NCBI GenBank assembly: GCA_944390365.1
Contig: CALXPW010000004.1
Location: 23,491 to 87,490 of the forward strand
Length of the DNA: 64,000 nt
Reading direction: 5' to 3'
Origin: an uncultured Clostridia bacterium
GTDB taxonomy: Bacteria; Bacillota; Clostridia; TANB77; CAG-508
In this document: positions 39,986 to 50,123 of the stretch, piece after piece
Position numbering within the stretch: position 1 is the stretch's first letter
How the letters are laid out: each line of letters begins with the position of its first letter
Program-made: the position numbers and the translations under genes
The notes under the pieces: generated by a model
Told to the model about the DNA's origin: nothing
The model's database searches: none
What the model saw: the letters and a program-made list of their open reading frames with translations, nothing else

Positions 39986-41455
39986 TTAAAGTACTGGCAC
40001 GACAACACGGAAACTAATGTAGCCCTCACCATCACTACCTCCGTGGTTGAAACAAAAAATTCCAACATAAAAACCAGAACCATAATATCCCCCTCTCATA
40101 AAGAAATTACCACCTTCTAAGGGAAATTCAGAATAAGTATTATACCAACTATTGCTTGAACTCGTACTTAGTCTACTACTTGATGTTTCATATATTGCAT
40201 CTCCATAGTGTCCTTCTGATTTTGGTGCAGTATATGATGAATATACATCTTTATATTTTGCTGGTGCACTTACTAAACTTGAACTACTTTCAGGTTCTTT
40301 ATATGCTGCCACATACTCTTGTGCTCCTCCGCTCATATCATATACTCCTGTTACATTTCCTGTGGTACTTTGTCCTTGATTACTTCTATATGAAGTTCCA
40401 CTTCCTCCTCCGGTATAATTACTACCATTTTTAGTTACATTGTTATTTTTACCATATTTACTTTGACTTAAATATGCTACTGCTCCCCATTCCGTATTTT
40501 TCATCATATGTGGGTCTACTACATTATCATCTGAGCTTAATCCATAACTATTTCCACTATTGTTCATTCCTATACATTTTGTGTATACATTATTTATTGT
40601 TATATTCCCCCAACTTTGCTTTCCTCCCATTATTTGGATTTTTCCTCCATTATTACTCGTTTCAAACTTTCCTACCCAAAAGCCTGCTAATGGTTCTTCA
40701 TCCCAGTTAAATGCTGGATGTACTACATAATCTGTCATTCCACTTCCTGTTGATGCATCTGGATATTCTATTTTTTCACTATAGTCATCTCCATCTTTAT
40801 CTTTGTTTTCTGTATCTAAAAATACTATCTCTATATTTCCAGCTCCACTTCCGCTTTGATGATACATACTTGTTATTTTATATGCATATCTTGGTATCCA
40901 TACTAGCATACTATATGTTTTTGTTTCATCTAATACCTCATAGCTTCCTGATGTATTAAATGTTGATCCTCCTAATACGACATTTGCCCATTTCTTTTCT
41001 CCATAGTTGTACCATTCTTCATCTACTGCAGTGGTCTTTACCCAACCTGTTTCTTCTACATATTTTACCGGTATCATTCCATCTGCCACTTGTGGTCCTT
41101 CTGCCAATGTTCCATCTACAGGATCTCCTGGTTGTGGCTCTGGCTCAGGTTCTGGCCCAGGCTCTGGATCCACCTCGTTTGCCACTGGCTCTGGCACCTC
41201 TGATTCTTCTGCCATTACATTTGCATACTCATCCATTAAACCGTTTAATTTCTTCTGCTCATTTATTGTTGCCTGCTCTGTTAAATTCTTCGCTTGCTGT
41301 GCTTTTTGTATTAGTCCTCCTTCTCCAAATGCCACATTGATTGTTATTGTTGCTAATATTATTAAAATAACTATTGTTATGACCAAAGCCACTAATGTTA
41401 TTCCTTTTTCTGTTATTTTGCTTTTCACATTTTGCTCTTTTTTATTTTTATACAT
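39986..41455 (-). CDS. surface protein with a prepilin-like N-terminus, a Pro/Glu linker and an FGE-sulfatase (SUMF1)-like domain
   Basis: MYKNKKEQNVKSKITEKGITLVALVITIVILIILATITI is a pilin-type KG/ITL.. segment with no Glu at +5. Linker: PEPVANEVDPEPGPEPEPEPQPGDP. The C-terminal ..FFMRGGYYGSGFYVGIFCFNHGGSDGEGYISFRVV resembles the end of FGE-sulfatase domains. Confidence 0.55.
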   Translation of the reverse strand: MYKNKKEQNVKSKITEKGITLVALVITIVILIILATITINVAFGEGGLIQKAQQAKNLTEQATINEQKKLNGLMDEYANVMAEESEVPEPVANEVDPEPGPEPEPEPQPGDPVDGTLAEGPQVADGMIPVKYVEETGWVKTTAVDEEWYNYGEKKWANVVLGGSTFNTSGSYEVLDETKTYSMLVWIPRYAYKITSMYHQSGSGAGNIEIVFLDTENKDKDGDDYSEKIEYPDASTGSGMTDYVVHPAFNWDEEPLAGFWVGKFETSNNGGKIQIMGGKQSWGNITINNVYTKCIGMNNSGNSYGLSSDDNVVDPHMMKNTEWGAVAYLSQSKYGKNNNVTKNGSNYTGGGSGTSYRSNQGQSTTGNVTGVYDMSGGAQEYVAAYKEPESSSSLVSAPAKYKDVYSSYTAPKSEGHYGDAIYETSSSRLSTSSSNSWYNTYSEFPLEGGNFFMRGGYYGSGFYVGIFCFNHGGSDGEGYISFRVVVPVL

Positions 41456-41494
41456 TTCTAGCTTCCTCCCTTTTTCTAATTTATATATATTTTT

Positions 41495-41563
41495 TTAATA
41501 TAAAATCAACACAAAAAGACAGAACATATAGCAATCTTCCTATTGCCATACGCTCTGTCTTTT
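41495..41563 (-). terminator. terminator-like hairpin in the 5' leader of the pilin-like gene (possible attenuator)
   Basis: On the minus strand: AAAGACAGA...TCTGTCTTT (with an inner stem ATGGCAAT/ATTGCTAT), followed by TTGTGTTGATTTT. It is about 40 nt upstream of the RBS GGGAGGAAG and the ATG at 41455. Confidence 0.45.
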
Positions 41564-41659
41564 ATTATTTATATATTTACTTGTTTCTTCTATATTCTTA
41601 TTACGTACTAATACTATATTTTGAGCATCACAAATAAAGCTTAATTCATTAGAATTATG

Positions 41660-41681
41660 CTCTCTCTCTCTCTCTCTCTCT
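41660..41681. repeat. (CT)11 dinucleotide microsatellite
   Basis: Counted directly: c41660 to t41681 is 11 CT units. It is intergenic, about 205 nt upstream of the pilin-like gene. Confidence 0.95.
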
Positions 41682-41849
41682 TACAGTACCAACGGTTTTA
41701 AGCATTTTCGTTTTTTCACTCCTTTATCTTTTAACTTTTCTTTTGTACTTCACTTGTAAACTACTGATTACATATTCTTCTTTAGTTTTCCTAGAAGTAT
41801 ATTTTTATTTTATGCTATTTGCATTTGTTTTTCAAGTACTTGTCGCATT

Positions 41850-41889
41850 TGTAACATACTCTTAATATTTCTGTAATATTTCTGTAACA
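41850..41889 (-). promoter_or_regulatory. module of four 11-bp-phased T(G/A)TTA(C/A)A repeats
   Basis: On the plus strand: tgtaaca at 41850, cttaata at 41861, tgtaata at 41872, tgtaaca at 41883. Confidence 0.3.
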
Positions 41890-42016
41890 TTTACCTTTTA
41901 ATTGTACTCATAACTTTTTTTATTACTTTGTAACTCTTTTTCTAGTTCTGAATAATATATACCATACGAAAGAACTTCATAAATACATTAAAAAAGTTTT
42001 ATAAGGAGGTTAAGAA

Positions 42017-42139
42017 ATGGGAAATTGTTGTTGTAATAATAGCGAACTATTATGGTTCATAATCCTATTCTTGCTACTCTTCTGTTGTGGAGGTAACAAC
42101 TGTTGTAGTAACTCATGTAATAATTCTTGTGGTTGCTAA
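42017..42139 (+). CDS. tiny Cys-rich TM peptide (YjcZ / tiny_TM_bacill-like sporulation peptide)
   Basis: An RBS AAGGAGG lies 7 nt upstream. My translation: MGNCCCNNSELLWFIILFLLLFCCGGNNCCSNSCNNSCGC* (40 aa). Confidence 0.6.
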   Translation: MGNCCCNNSELLWFIILFLLLFCCGGNNCCSNSCNNSCGC

Positions 42140-42177
42140 TTACATTAAATTTTCAAATTTGAAAGGAGGGGAAATAT

Positions 42178-42297
42178 ATGCCAGAAAATAGAGGATGTGG
42201 ATGCGGTTTCGGATTTGGTGATGATTGCTGCTGGATAATAATCGTATTAATATTAATATGTTGCTGCTGTGGTGGTAACAGAGGTGGATGTTGCTAA
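42178..42297 (+). CDS. tiny Cys/Gly-rich TM peptide, paralogue of the preceding gene
   Basis: An RBS AAGGAGGGG lies upstream. My translation: MPENRGCGCGFGFGDDCCWIIIVLILICCCCGGNRGGCC* (39 aa). Confidence 0.6.
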   Translation: MPENRGCGCGFGFGDDCCWIIIVLILICCCCGGNRGGCC

Positions 42298-42323
42298 TTT
42301 ATAATAAATACATGTAAAAAATA

Positions 42324-42357
42324 ATCGTAGAGAAATAATTCTCTACGATCTTTTTTT
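42324..42357 (+). terminator. rho-independent terminator of the two tiny plus-strand genes
   Basis: atcgtagagaa-ataa-ttctctacgat, followed by ctttttttatt. Confidence 0.7.
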
Positions 42358-42480
42358 ATTATCTTCTTTTCGTCTATTATCTTTCCTTCTTTCTTCTTTT
42401 ACTTCTACTTGTCTTTTCCTTCTATCTGACTTACTCTTTCTCCTATCTTCAAACATTCTTCCATCTTTATCAACAATCAT
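42343..42480 (-). CDS. possible 45-aa highly basic peptide
   Basis: An RBS AAGGAG lies 8 nt upstream. My translation: MIVDKDGRMFEDRRKSKSDRRKRQVEVKEERRKDNRRKEDNKKRS*. Its end overlaps the convergent terminator. It could be a chance ORF in purine-rich sequence. Confidence 0.3.
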   Translation of the reverse strand: MIVDKDGRMFEDRRKSKSDRRKRQVEVKEERRKDNRRKEDNKKRS

Positions 42481-42529
42481 CTGTATTCTCCTTTTTATTT
42501 ATAAAATATTTATATTTTTACAAAATGTT

Positions 42530-42604
42530 TGGCTGGGGTACTGTGATTCGAACACAGGAATGTCGGAGTCAGAGTCCGATGCCTTACCGCTTGGCGATAC
42601 CCCA
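42530..42604 (-). tRNA. tRNA-Gln (anticodon CUG)
   Basis: Minus strand: TGGGGTA TC GCCA AGCGGTAA GGCA TCGGA CTCTGAC TCCGA CATTC CTGTG TTCGAAT CACAG TACCCCA G CCA. This is a normal 7-nt anticodon loop with U33 and CUG at 34-36, very close to the E. coli tRNA-Gln architecture. CCA is encoded. Confidence 0.9.
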
Positions 42605-42610
42605 ATGTGT

Positions 42611-42641
42611 GTGGACAAATAGGAGTGTCCCTTTTGTCCAC
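42611..42641. repeat. GTGGACA...TGTCCAC palindromic element (S family)
   Basis: gtggacaaataggagtgtcccttttgtccac: a 9-bp stem with an inner GGA/TCC. It lies between eno and tRNA-Gln. Confidence 0.8.
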
Positions 42642-42650
42642 GTTATTTTA

Positions 42651-43985
<1,335 letters not shown>

Positions 43986-44029
43986 TTATTTTTATATTTT
44001 ACACATCGAAAAAATTTACTCTTTGCAAC

Positions 44030-44836
44030 TTAGATGTGTTTTAAAATCTGACTCCTAACACTATTCCTCTGTTCTTCAATTTGCTCTACATAAGTTTTTG
44101 GCTTACTTGCCTTTTCTTCTTTGGCTTTTAGCAAATTTTTAAGCTTTTTTCTTTCTTTTATTTTGTATGTATAGTGTTGTTGCTCAAATTTATTTTTAGC
44201 TTGTTTTTCCAATTTTTGCATTTTCGTTTCAGGAATATATACTTGCTCTTTTTTCTCTCTATTATAGTCAACTATCTTTTTTACTGGATTTTTATAGATA
44301 GATTCTGAGTATTTTTCAATGTCTGGTCTAAAATATATGGTTTCATTAACATAGGATCTTATAAGTTTTCTTTCTTTGCTTGTATAGGCCTCTTCTGGCA
44401 ATCCTAAATTGTTGTACTTCCATATAATGTGCCTTTCCATATTAGAATATTTTTCATAATTGATTTTTTCGTAATTATATTCAATTTCAAACTTTAAATC
44501 TTCTATTCTTATTGTGATACTAGTCCATAATCTATGGTTTTCTTTTTTGAATAGTTCCCATATTTGTTTTACTTGAGAATATAATTTTTCTACCAATTTT
44601 ATATATTCTTCTTCATTTAGACTAAATTTATTTGGTATTTCATAAACATTTACAGGATTCTTTTTTAATATTCCCCTTGGGAAGTAGTAAAAGAATAATT
44701 CTCCTGTTTCTACTCCTTCTATTTTCTCTTCTACAGAAGCATATAAGTATATTCTATCCCATTTTTCTGGTATTAGATAAAATAATTGTTTCTGTAATTC
44801 AGAGTATATTTTTCTTATCTCTGAATTTTCTATCAT
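44030..44836 (-). CDS. YezG/DUF600-like immunity-protein domain with a Lys-rich C-terminal extension
   Basis: IRKIYSELQKQLFYLIPEKWDRIYLYASVEE..GELFFYYFPRG...YEIP...LFKKENHRLWTSITIRIE follows the IPxxWxxIY..A.V....GE..FYY...WTS pattern I associate with B. subtilis YezG. It lies between gpmI and eno. Confidence 0.5.
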   Translation of the reverse strand: MIENSEIRKIYSELQKQLFYLIPEKWDRIYLYASVEEKIEGVETGELFFYYFPRGILKKNPVNVYEIPNKFSLNEEEYIKLVEKLYSQVKQIWELFKKENHRLWTSITIRIEDLKFEIEYNYEKINYEKYSNMERHIIWKYNNLGLPEEAYTSKERKLIRSYVNETIYFRPDIEKYSESIYKNPVKKIVDYNREKKEQVYIPETKMQKLEKQAKNKFEQQHYTYKIKERKKLKNLLKAKEEKASKPKTYVEQIEEQRNSVRSQILKHI

Positions 44837-44858
44837 ATATTCCTCCAGTCTGTTCTAC

Positions 44859-46388
44859 TTATTTTACTATAATACTCTCTCCTGTCATCTCCTCTGGTTT
44901 TTCTAGTCCCATTAAATCTAACATTGTTGGAGCTAAATCTGCAAGTTTTCCTTCTCTTAATTTTACGTCGTCTTTTCCTACTAGTATAAGTGGTACTGGG
45001 TTAGTAGTATGTGCTGTATGTGGCTCTCCTGTTTTATAGTCTAACATTTGCTCACAATTTCCATGGTCTGCTGTAATTAACATTACACCATCATTCTTTC
45101 TTATTGCTTCTACTACTTTTCCAACGCATTCATCTATAGTTTCTACAGCTTTAATTGCAGCTTCTAAGTTTCCTGTATGTCCTACCATATCTGGGTTAGC
45201 ATAGTTTAAAATTATGCAATCATATTTTTTTGAGTTAATTGCTTCTAATACTTTGTCTGTTACTTCATATGCACTCATTTCTGGTTTTAAGTCATAAGTT
45301 TCAACTTTTGGTGATGGAACTAATATTCTATCTTCTCCTGGATATTGTTTTTCTTCTCCTCCATTAAAGAAAAATGTAACATGAGCATATTTCTCTGTTT
45401 CTGCGATTCTTAGTTGTGTTAATCCTTTTTTGCTTATATATTCTCCAAAAGTATTTTTCAATGTTTCTGGTTTGAATGCTATTTTTACATTTGGCATTGT
45501 TTCGTCATATTGTGTAAAGCATACATAATCCAAATCCATTTTTTTAGTTTCGAATTCATTAAAGTCTTTATCAACTATTGCTCTTGTTAATTCTCTTGCT
45601 CTATCTGGTCTAAAGTTAAAGAAAATTACAGAGTCATTTTCTTCTATTTTTGCTATTGGCTCGTTGTTTTGGCATATTACTGTTGGCTCAACAAATTCAT
45701 CAAATACTTCTTTTTGATATGAGCTTTCTATAGCTGATATTGCAGAAGTAGCCTTGATTCCTTCTCCGTTTACGATTGCATCATATGCCTTTTGAACTCT
45801 GTTCCATCTCTTATCCCTATCCATTGCATAGAATCTACCAGAGATACTTGCAATTTTTCCTACACCTTTTTCTTTCATTTTTTCTTCAAGATTCATTATA
45901 TAGCTTTCTCCTGAAGTAGGTGGTGTATCTCTTCCATCCATGAAGCAGTGTACATATACATTTTCAAAGTCTTTTCTTTTTGCTAGTTCTAATATTGCAT
46001 ATAAATGACGATTATGGCTATGTACTCCTCCATCAGATAATAAACCTAAAATGTGTAATTTAGAATTATGTTTTTTACAATTTTCTATTGCTTCTACTAA
46101 TTCTGGATTGCTGAAGAAATCTCCATCTTCTATAGATTTTGTTATTCTTGTTAGTTCTTGGTATACAATTCTTCCTGCTCCAATATTAGTATGTCCAACT
46201 TCTGAATTTCCCATTTGACCATCTGGCAATCCAACATTTAGTCCACTGGTATACATTTTTGTAGTTGGGCATGTTTTCATTAGTTTATCTATATTAGGTG
46301 TATTGGCTAAAGTTACGGCATTTGCCTGTGTATTTTCGTTTATTCCAAATCCATCTAATATCATTAACATTGTAACTTTTTTGTCCAT
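44859..46388 (-). CDS. gpmI: 2,3-bisphosphoglycerate-independent phosphoglycerate mutase
   Basis: 509 aa. LMILDGFGI...PDGQMGNSEVGHTNIGAGRIVYQELTRI...ITADHGN. Confidence 0.95.
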   Translation of the reverse strand: MDKKVTMLMILDGFGINENTQANAVTLANTPNIDKLMKTCPTTKMYTSGLNVGLPDGQMGNSEVGHTNIGAGRIVYQELTRITKSIEDGDFFSNPELVEAIENCKKHNSKLHILGLLSDGGVHSHNRHLYAILELAKRKDFENVYVHCFMDGRDTPPTSGESYIMNLEEKMKEKGVGKIASISGRFYAMDRDKRWNRVQKAYDAIVNGEGIKATSAISAIESSYQKEVFDEFVEPTVICQNNEPIAKIEENDSVIFFNFRPDRARELTRAIVDKDFNEFETKKMDLDYVCFTQYDETMPNVKIAFKPETLKNTFGEYISKKGLTQLRIAETEKYAHVTFFFNGGEEKQYPGEDRILVPSPKVETYDLKPEMSAYEVTDKVLEAINSKKYDCIILNYANPDMVGHTGNLEAAIKAVETIDECVGKVVEAIRKNDGVMLITADHGNCEQMLDYKTGEPHTAHTTNPVPLILVGKDDVKLREGKLADLAPTMLDLMGLEKPEEMTGESIIVK

Positions 46389-46445
46389 TTTCCTAGTCCT
46401 TTCTAAATTATAACTTCTAAATATATTTCTTAATTAGTTCCACGT

Positions 46446-46496
46446 GGCGAGGCTATATTTTATTCGAATACCTGTAGAATACAATATAGCCTTGCC
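46446..46496. repeat. 14-bp-stem hairpin in the tpiA-gpmI spacer
   Basis: ggcgaggctatatt ...23 nt... aatatagccttgcc. The one non-Watson-Crick position is G.U only if read on the plus strand. Confidence 0.6.
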
Positions 46497-46535
46497 AGAA
46501 AGATGGAACGGACTTATTATATAGAATTTATAATT

Positions 46536-47288
46536 TTACTTATTATAATTTACAATTTTAGCAAATTCTTCTGATTTTAAACTTGCTCCTCCTACTAGTC
46601 CTCCGTCTATGTCAGACATAGTAAATAGTTCTTTGGCATTTGAAGCTTTTACACTTCCACCATACTGTATTATAACTCTTTCTGATACCATTTGTCCATA
46701 CATATTTGATATTTTGTTTCTTATTGATTTTATAGCATTGTTTGCATCTTCTGATGTAGCTGTTTTTCCTGTTCCTATTGCCCAGATTGGTTCATAAGCA
46801 ATTATAGTATTTGCAACTTGCTCTTCTGTTAGACCTGCTAATGCTTTTTCTGTTTGAGAAGTTATTATCTCCTCTGCTTTTCCAGCTTCTCTTTCTTCTA
46901 GAGTTTCGCCTACACATACAATAGGTTTTAGTCCACACTTGAATGCTGATTTTAATTTTTTGTTTACAGTCTCATCTGTTTCTGCAAAATACTGTCTTCT
47001 TTCAGAGTGTCCTATTATTACATATTCTACTCCTATAGCTTTTAGCATTTGTCCAGAAACTTCTCCCGTATATGCACCACTTTCTTCCCAGTGCATATTT
47101 TGTGCGCCTATTTTTATATTTGTGTTTTGTGCAGTAAGTAAAGCATAAAACAAATCTGTATAGGGTACACAAAGTATTACTTCATTCTCAGTATCTTTTA
47201 CAAGAGGTGTTAATTCATCTATAAATCTTATAGTAGCATCTGGTAGCATATTCATTTTCCAGTTTCCTGCAATTACTTTCTTTCTCAT
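46536..47288 (-). CDS. tpiA: triosephosphate isomerase
   Basis: MRKKVIAGNWKMN...IIGHSERR...AYEPIWAIGTGKTA. The start is at the ATG after AGGAGAAAAATTT; the track starts at a TTG at 47306. Confidence 0.95.
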   Translation of the reverse strand: MRKKVIAGNWKMNMLPDATIRFIDELTPLVKDTENEVILCVPYTDLFYALLTAQNTNIKIGAQNMHWEESGAYTGEVSGQMLKAIGVEYVIIGHSERRQYFAETDETVNKKLKSAFKCGLKPIVCVGETLEEREAGKAEEIITSQTEKALAGLTEEQVANTIIAYEPIWAIGTGKTATSEDANNAIKSIRNKISNMYGQMVSERVIIQYGGSVKASNAKELFTMSDIDGGLVGGASLKSEEFAKIVNYNK

Positions 47289-47308
47289 AAATTTTTCTCC
47301 TAACAAAG

Positions 47309-47341
47309 CGTGGACAGATGGGACACACCTTTTTGTCCACG
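47309..47341. repeat. S-family palindromic element
   Basis: cgtggacagatgggacacacctttttgtccacg, in the pgk-tpiA spacer. Confidence 0.8.
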
Positions 47342-47374
47342 CTTTAATACCATTATTTTATTTATATAAATTTT

Positions 47375-48685
47375 CTATCTTTGTGGACAGATAGAATTGT
47401 CCCCTTTGTCCACAGCTTTACCTTCTGTTTTTTCTTTTTCTGGCTTATCTGTTAAGCATGCAATTCCTGGTAATTCCTTACCTTCTAGTAACTCAAGTGA
47501 AGCTCCTCCACCTGTTGAAATATGTGTAAAGTTATCCTCTAAATGTAACTTTTTAATTGCTGCTACAGAATCTCCTCCACCTACTATAGATATAGATTTT
47601 GTAGCTGCTATTGCTTCTGCAACTTTTTCTGTTCCTATGCTAAACTTTTCTACTTCGCATATTCCAAGTGGTCCGTTCCAAAGTATTGTCTTTTTATCTT
47701 GTAATTCGTTTGCAAATGTTCTTGCTGTTTTTGGACCTATATCGCATCCTTGCCATCCAGCTGGAATTTCGTTTGAACTTACAACTTTATCTGGAGCTGT
47801 TTCTAAGAAGCTTATAAATGCTTTTTGTTTTGCTTTTTTGTCTAATTCTTCTTCTGGCTCTGGTTGTTTTGGTGCAACTACAGTATCTTCTGGAAGAACT
47901 ATTTTTACACCTGCAATTTTTGCCTTGTTCATTATTTTTTTAGCTTCTTCTATTTTATCTTCTTCGCATAATGAATCTCCAATTTCATGTCCTTGTGCTT
48001 TTAAGAATGTATATGCCATTCCTCCACCAATTAAGATTTCATCTACTTTATCAAGTAAGTTTTCTATAACTCCTATTTTATCAGATACTTTTGCTCCACC
48101 TAATATTGCTACAAATGGCTTTTCTGGATTTTCTAGAGTTCCACTTAAGAACTTAACTTCTTTTTCCATTAAGAATCCTTCAACTGCTTCATCTACATGA
48201 TGAGCAACCCCCTCTGTAGAGCTATGTGCTCTATGAGCTGCTCCAAAAGCATCATTTACATAGATTCCATCTGAAAGACTTGCAAGTTCCATTGCCATTG
48301 TATCATCATTTTGTTCTTCTCTTGGATCAAATCTTACATTTTCTAGTAGTGCAACATCTCCATCGCTTAAACTATTTGTAACACTTTTTGCACTTTTTCC
48401 TGTAGTATCACTTGCAAATTTAACATCTGTATCTAGTAAGTCTTTTAATTCTTCTGCTACTGGTTTTAAAGAAAATTCTTCTTTAACCTCTCCCTTTGGT
48501 CTTCCTAAGTGAGAACATAGTATAACTTTTGCTCCATGATCTCTTAAATATTCTATTGTTGGAAGTGCTGCTGTTATTCTTGTGTTATCTGTTATTTTTC
48601 CATCTTTTAAAGGCACATTAAAATCACATCTAACTAGTACTTTTTTTCCTTTAACATCAACATCTCTTACAGTTTTTTTATTCAT
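47375..48685 (-). CDS. pgk: phosphoglycerate kinase with an internal charged insertion and a C-terminal tail partly encoded by a repeat element
   Basis: KKVLVRCDFNVPLKDGKITDNTRI...GGGDSVAA...STGGGASLELLEGKELPGIA. The last 12 codons (VDKGDNSICPQR*) lie inside the S element at 47383-47413. Confidence 0.9.
   Translation of the reverse strand: MNKKTVRDVDVKGKKVLVRCDFNVPLKDGKITDNTRITAALPTIEYLRDHGAKVILCSHLGRPKGEVKEEFSLKPVAEELKDLLDTDVKFASDTTGKSAKSVTNSLSDGDVALLENVRFDPREEQNDDTMAMELASLSDGIYVNDAFGAAHRAHSSTEGVAHHVDEAVEGFLMEKEVKFLSGTLENPEKPFVAILGGAKVSDKIGVIENLLDKVDEILIGGGMAYTFLKAQGHEIGDSLCEEDKIEEAKKIMNKAKIAGVKIVLPEDTVVAPKQPEPEEELDKKAKQKAFISFLETAPDKVVSSNEIPAGWQGCDIGPKTARTFANELQDKKTILWNGPLGICEVEKFSIGTEKVAEAIAATKSISIVGGGDSVAAIKKLHLEDNFTHISTGGGASLELLEGKELPGIACLTDKPEKEKTEGKAVDKGDNSICPQR
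47383..47413. repeat. S-family palindromic element overlapping the pgk 3' end
   Basis: gtggacagatagaattgtcccctttgtccac. Confidence 0.8.
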
Positions 48686-48725
48686 AAATATCATCCTTTC
48701 TTAAATGTATCTCTTCAATTTATGA

Positions 48726-48913
48726 GAGGCTAGGATAATATTCAAAATATCTGAGAATATGGAATGGAATGTGATTTGAACATACTAATTCTTAAGAAAT
48801 TTTTGTAGGGAATCTCGAATTTTTTGAGGGCGCTGCAAAAATTTCGTTAGAATTAGTGTAAAAATCAGCTTGACCGACATATTCGAAAATATTTTTAATA
48901 TTATTCTAGCCTC
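48726..48913. repeat. ~190-bp nested imperfect palindrome in the gap-pgk spacer
   Basis: Outer arms: gaggctaggataatattcaaaatat / atatttttaatattattctagcctc. Inner arms: atactaattcttaagaaatttttg / caaaaatttcgttagaattagtgt. Confidence 0.65.
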
Positions 48914-48945
48914 TACTTTTATTCCAAACAAAATTACTACAATCT

Positions 48946-49992
<1,047 letters not shown>

Positions 49993-50123
49993 TTATTACC
50001 TAAACACTAACATTTTATATCAATTTTTCATATTTTTCAAGTATTTATTTATTATTTCACATTTATTTTACAATTAAAGCACAAAGAAGCACAATTAAGT
50101 TTACTACTTATTGTGCTTCTTTA

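Noticed and set aside
41660-41681. The (AG)11 RNA tract could be a TRAP-like (GAG/UAG triplet) protein-binding array.
   Set aside because: TRAP-type sites need 2-3-nt spacers between triplets. A pure dinucleotide repeat gives 1-nt spacing. Slipped-strand phase variation is the simpler reading.
42530-42604. The tRNA in the window could be the agent of CGG or CGGA recoding.
   Set aside because: It folds as a standard tRNA-Gln with a 7-nt anticodon loop and anticodon CUG. Nothing links it to CGG.
47397-48200. Long plus-strand ORFs appear in the track: 267 aa here, and also 21733-22497, 18327-18992, 50655-51260, 689-1168, 57236-57763, 39378-39893, 41007-41498 and others.
   Set aside because: All lie antisense to strongly recognisable minus-strand genes. 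They have Ser/Phe/Leu/Ile-rich low-complexity translations and lack RBSs. They are shadow ORFs typical of AT-rich genomes.
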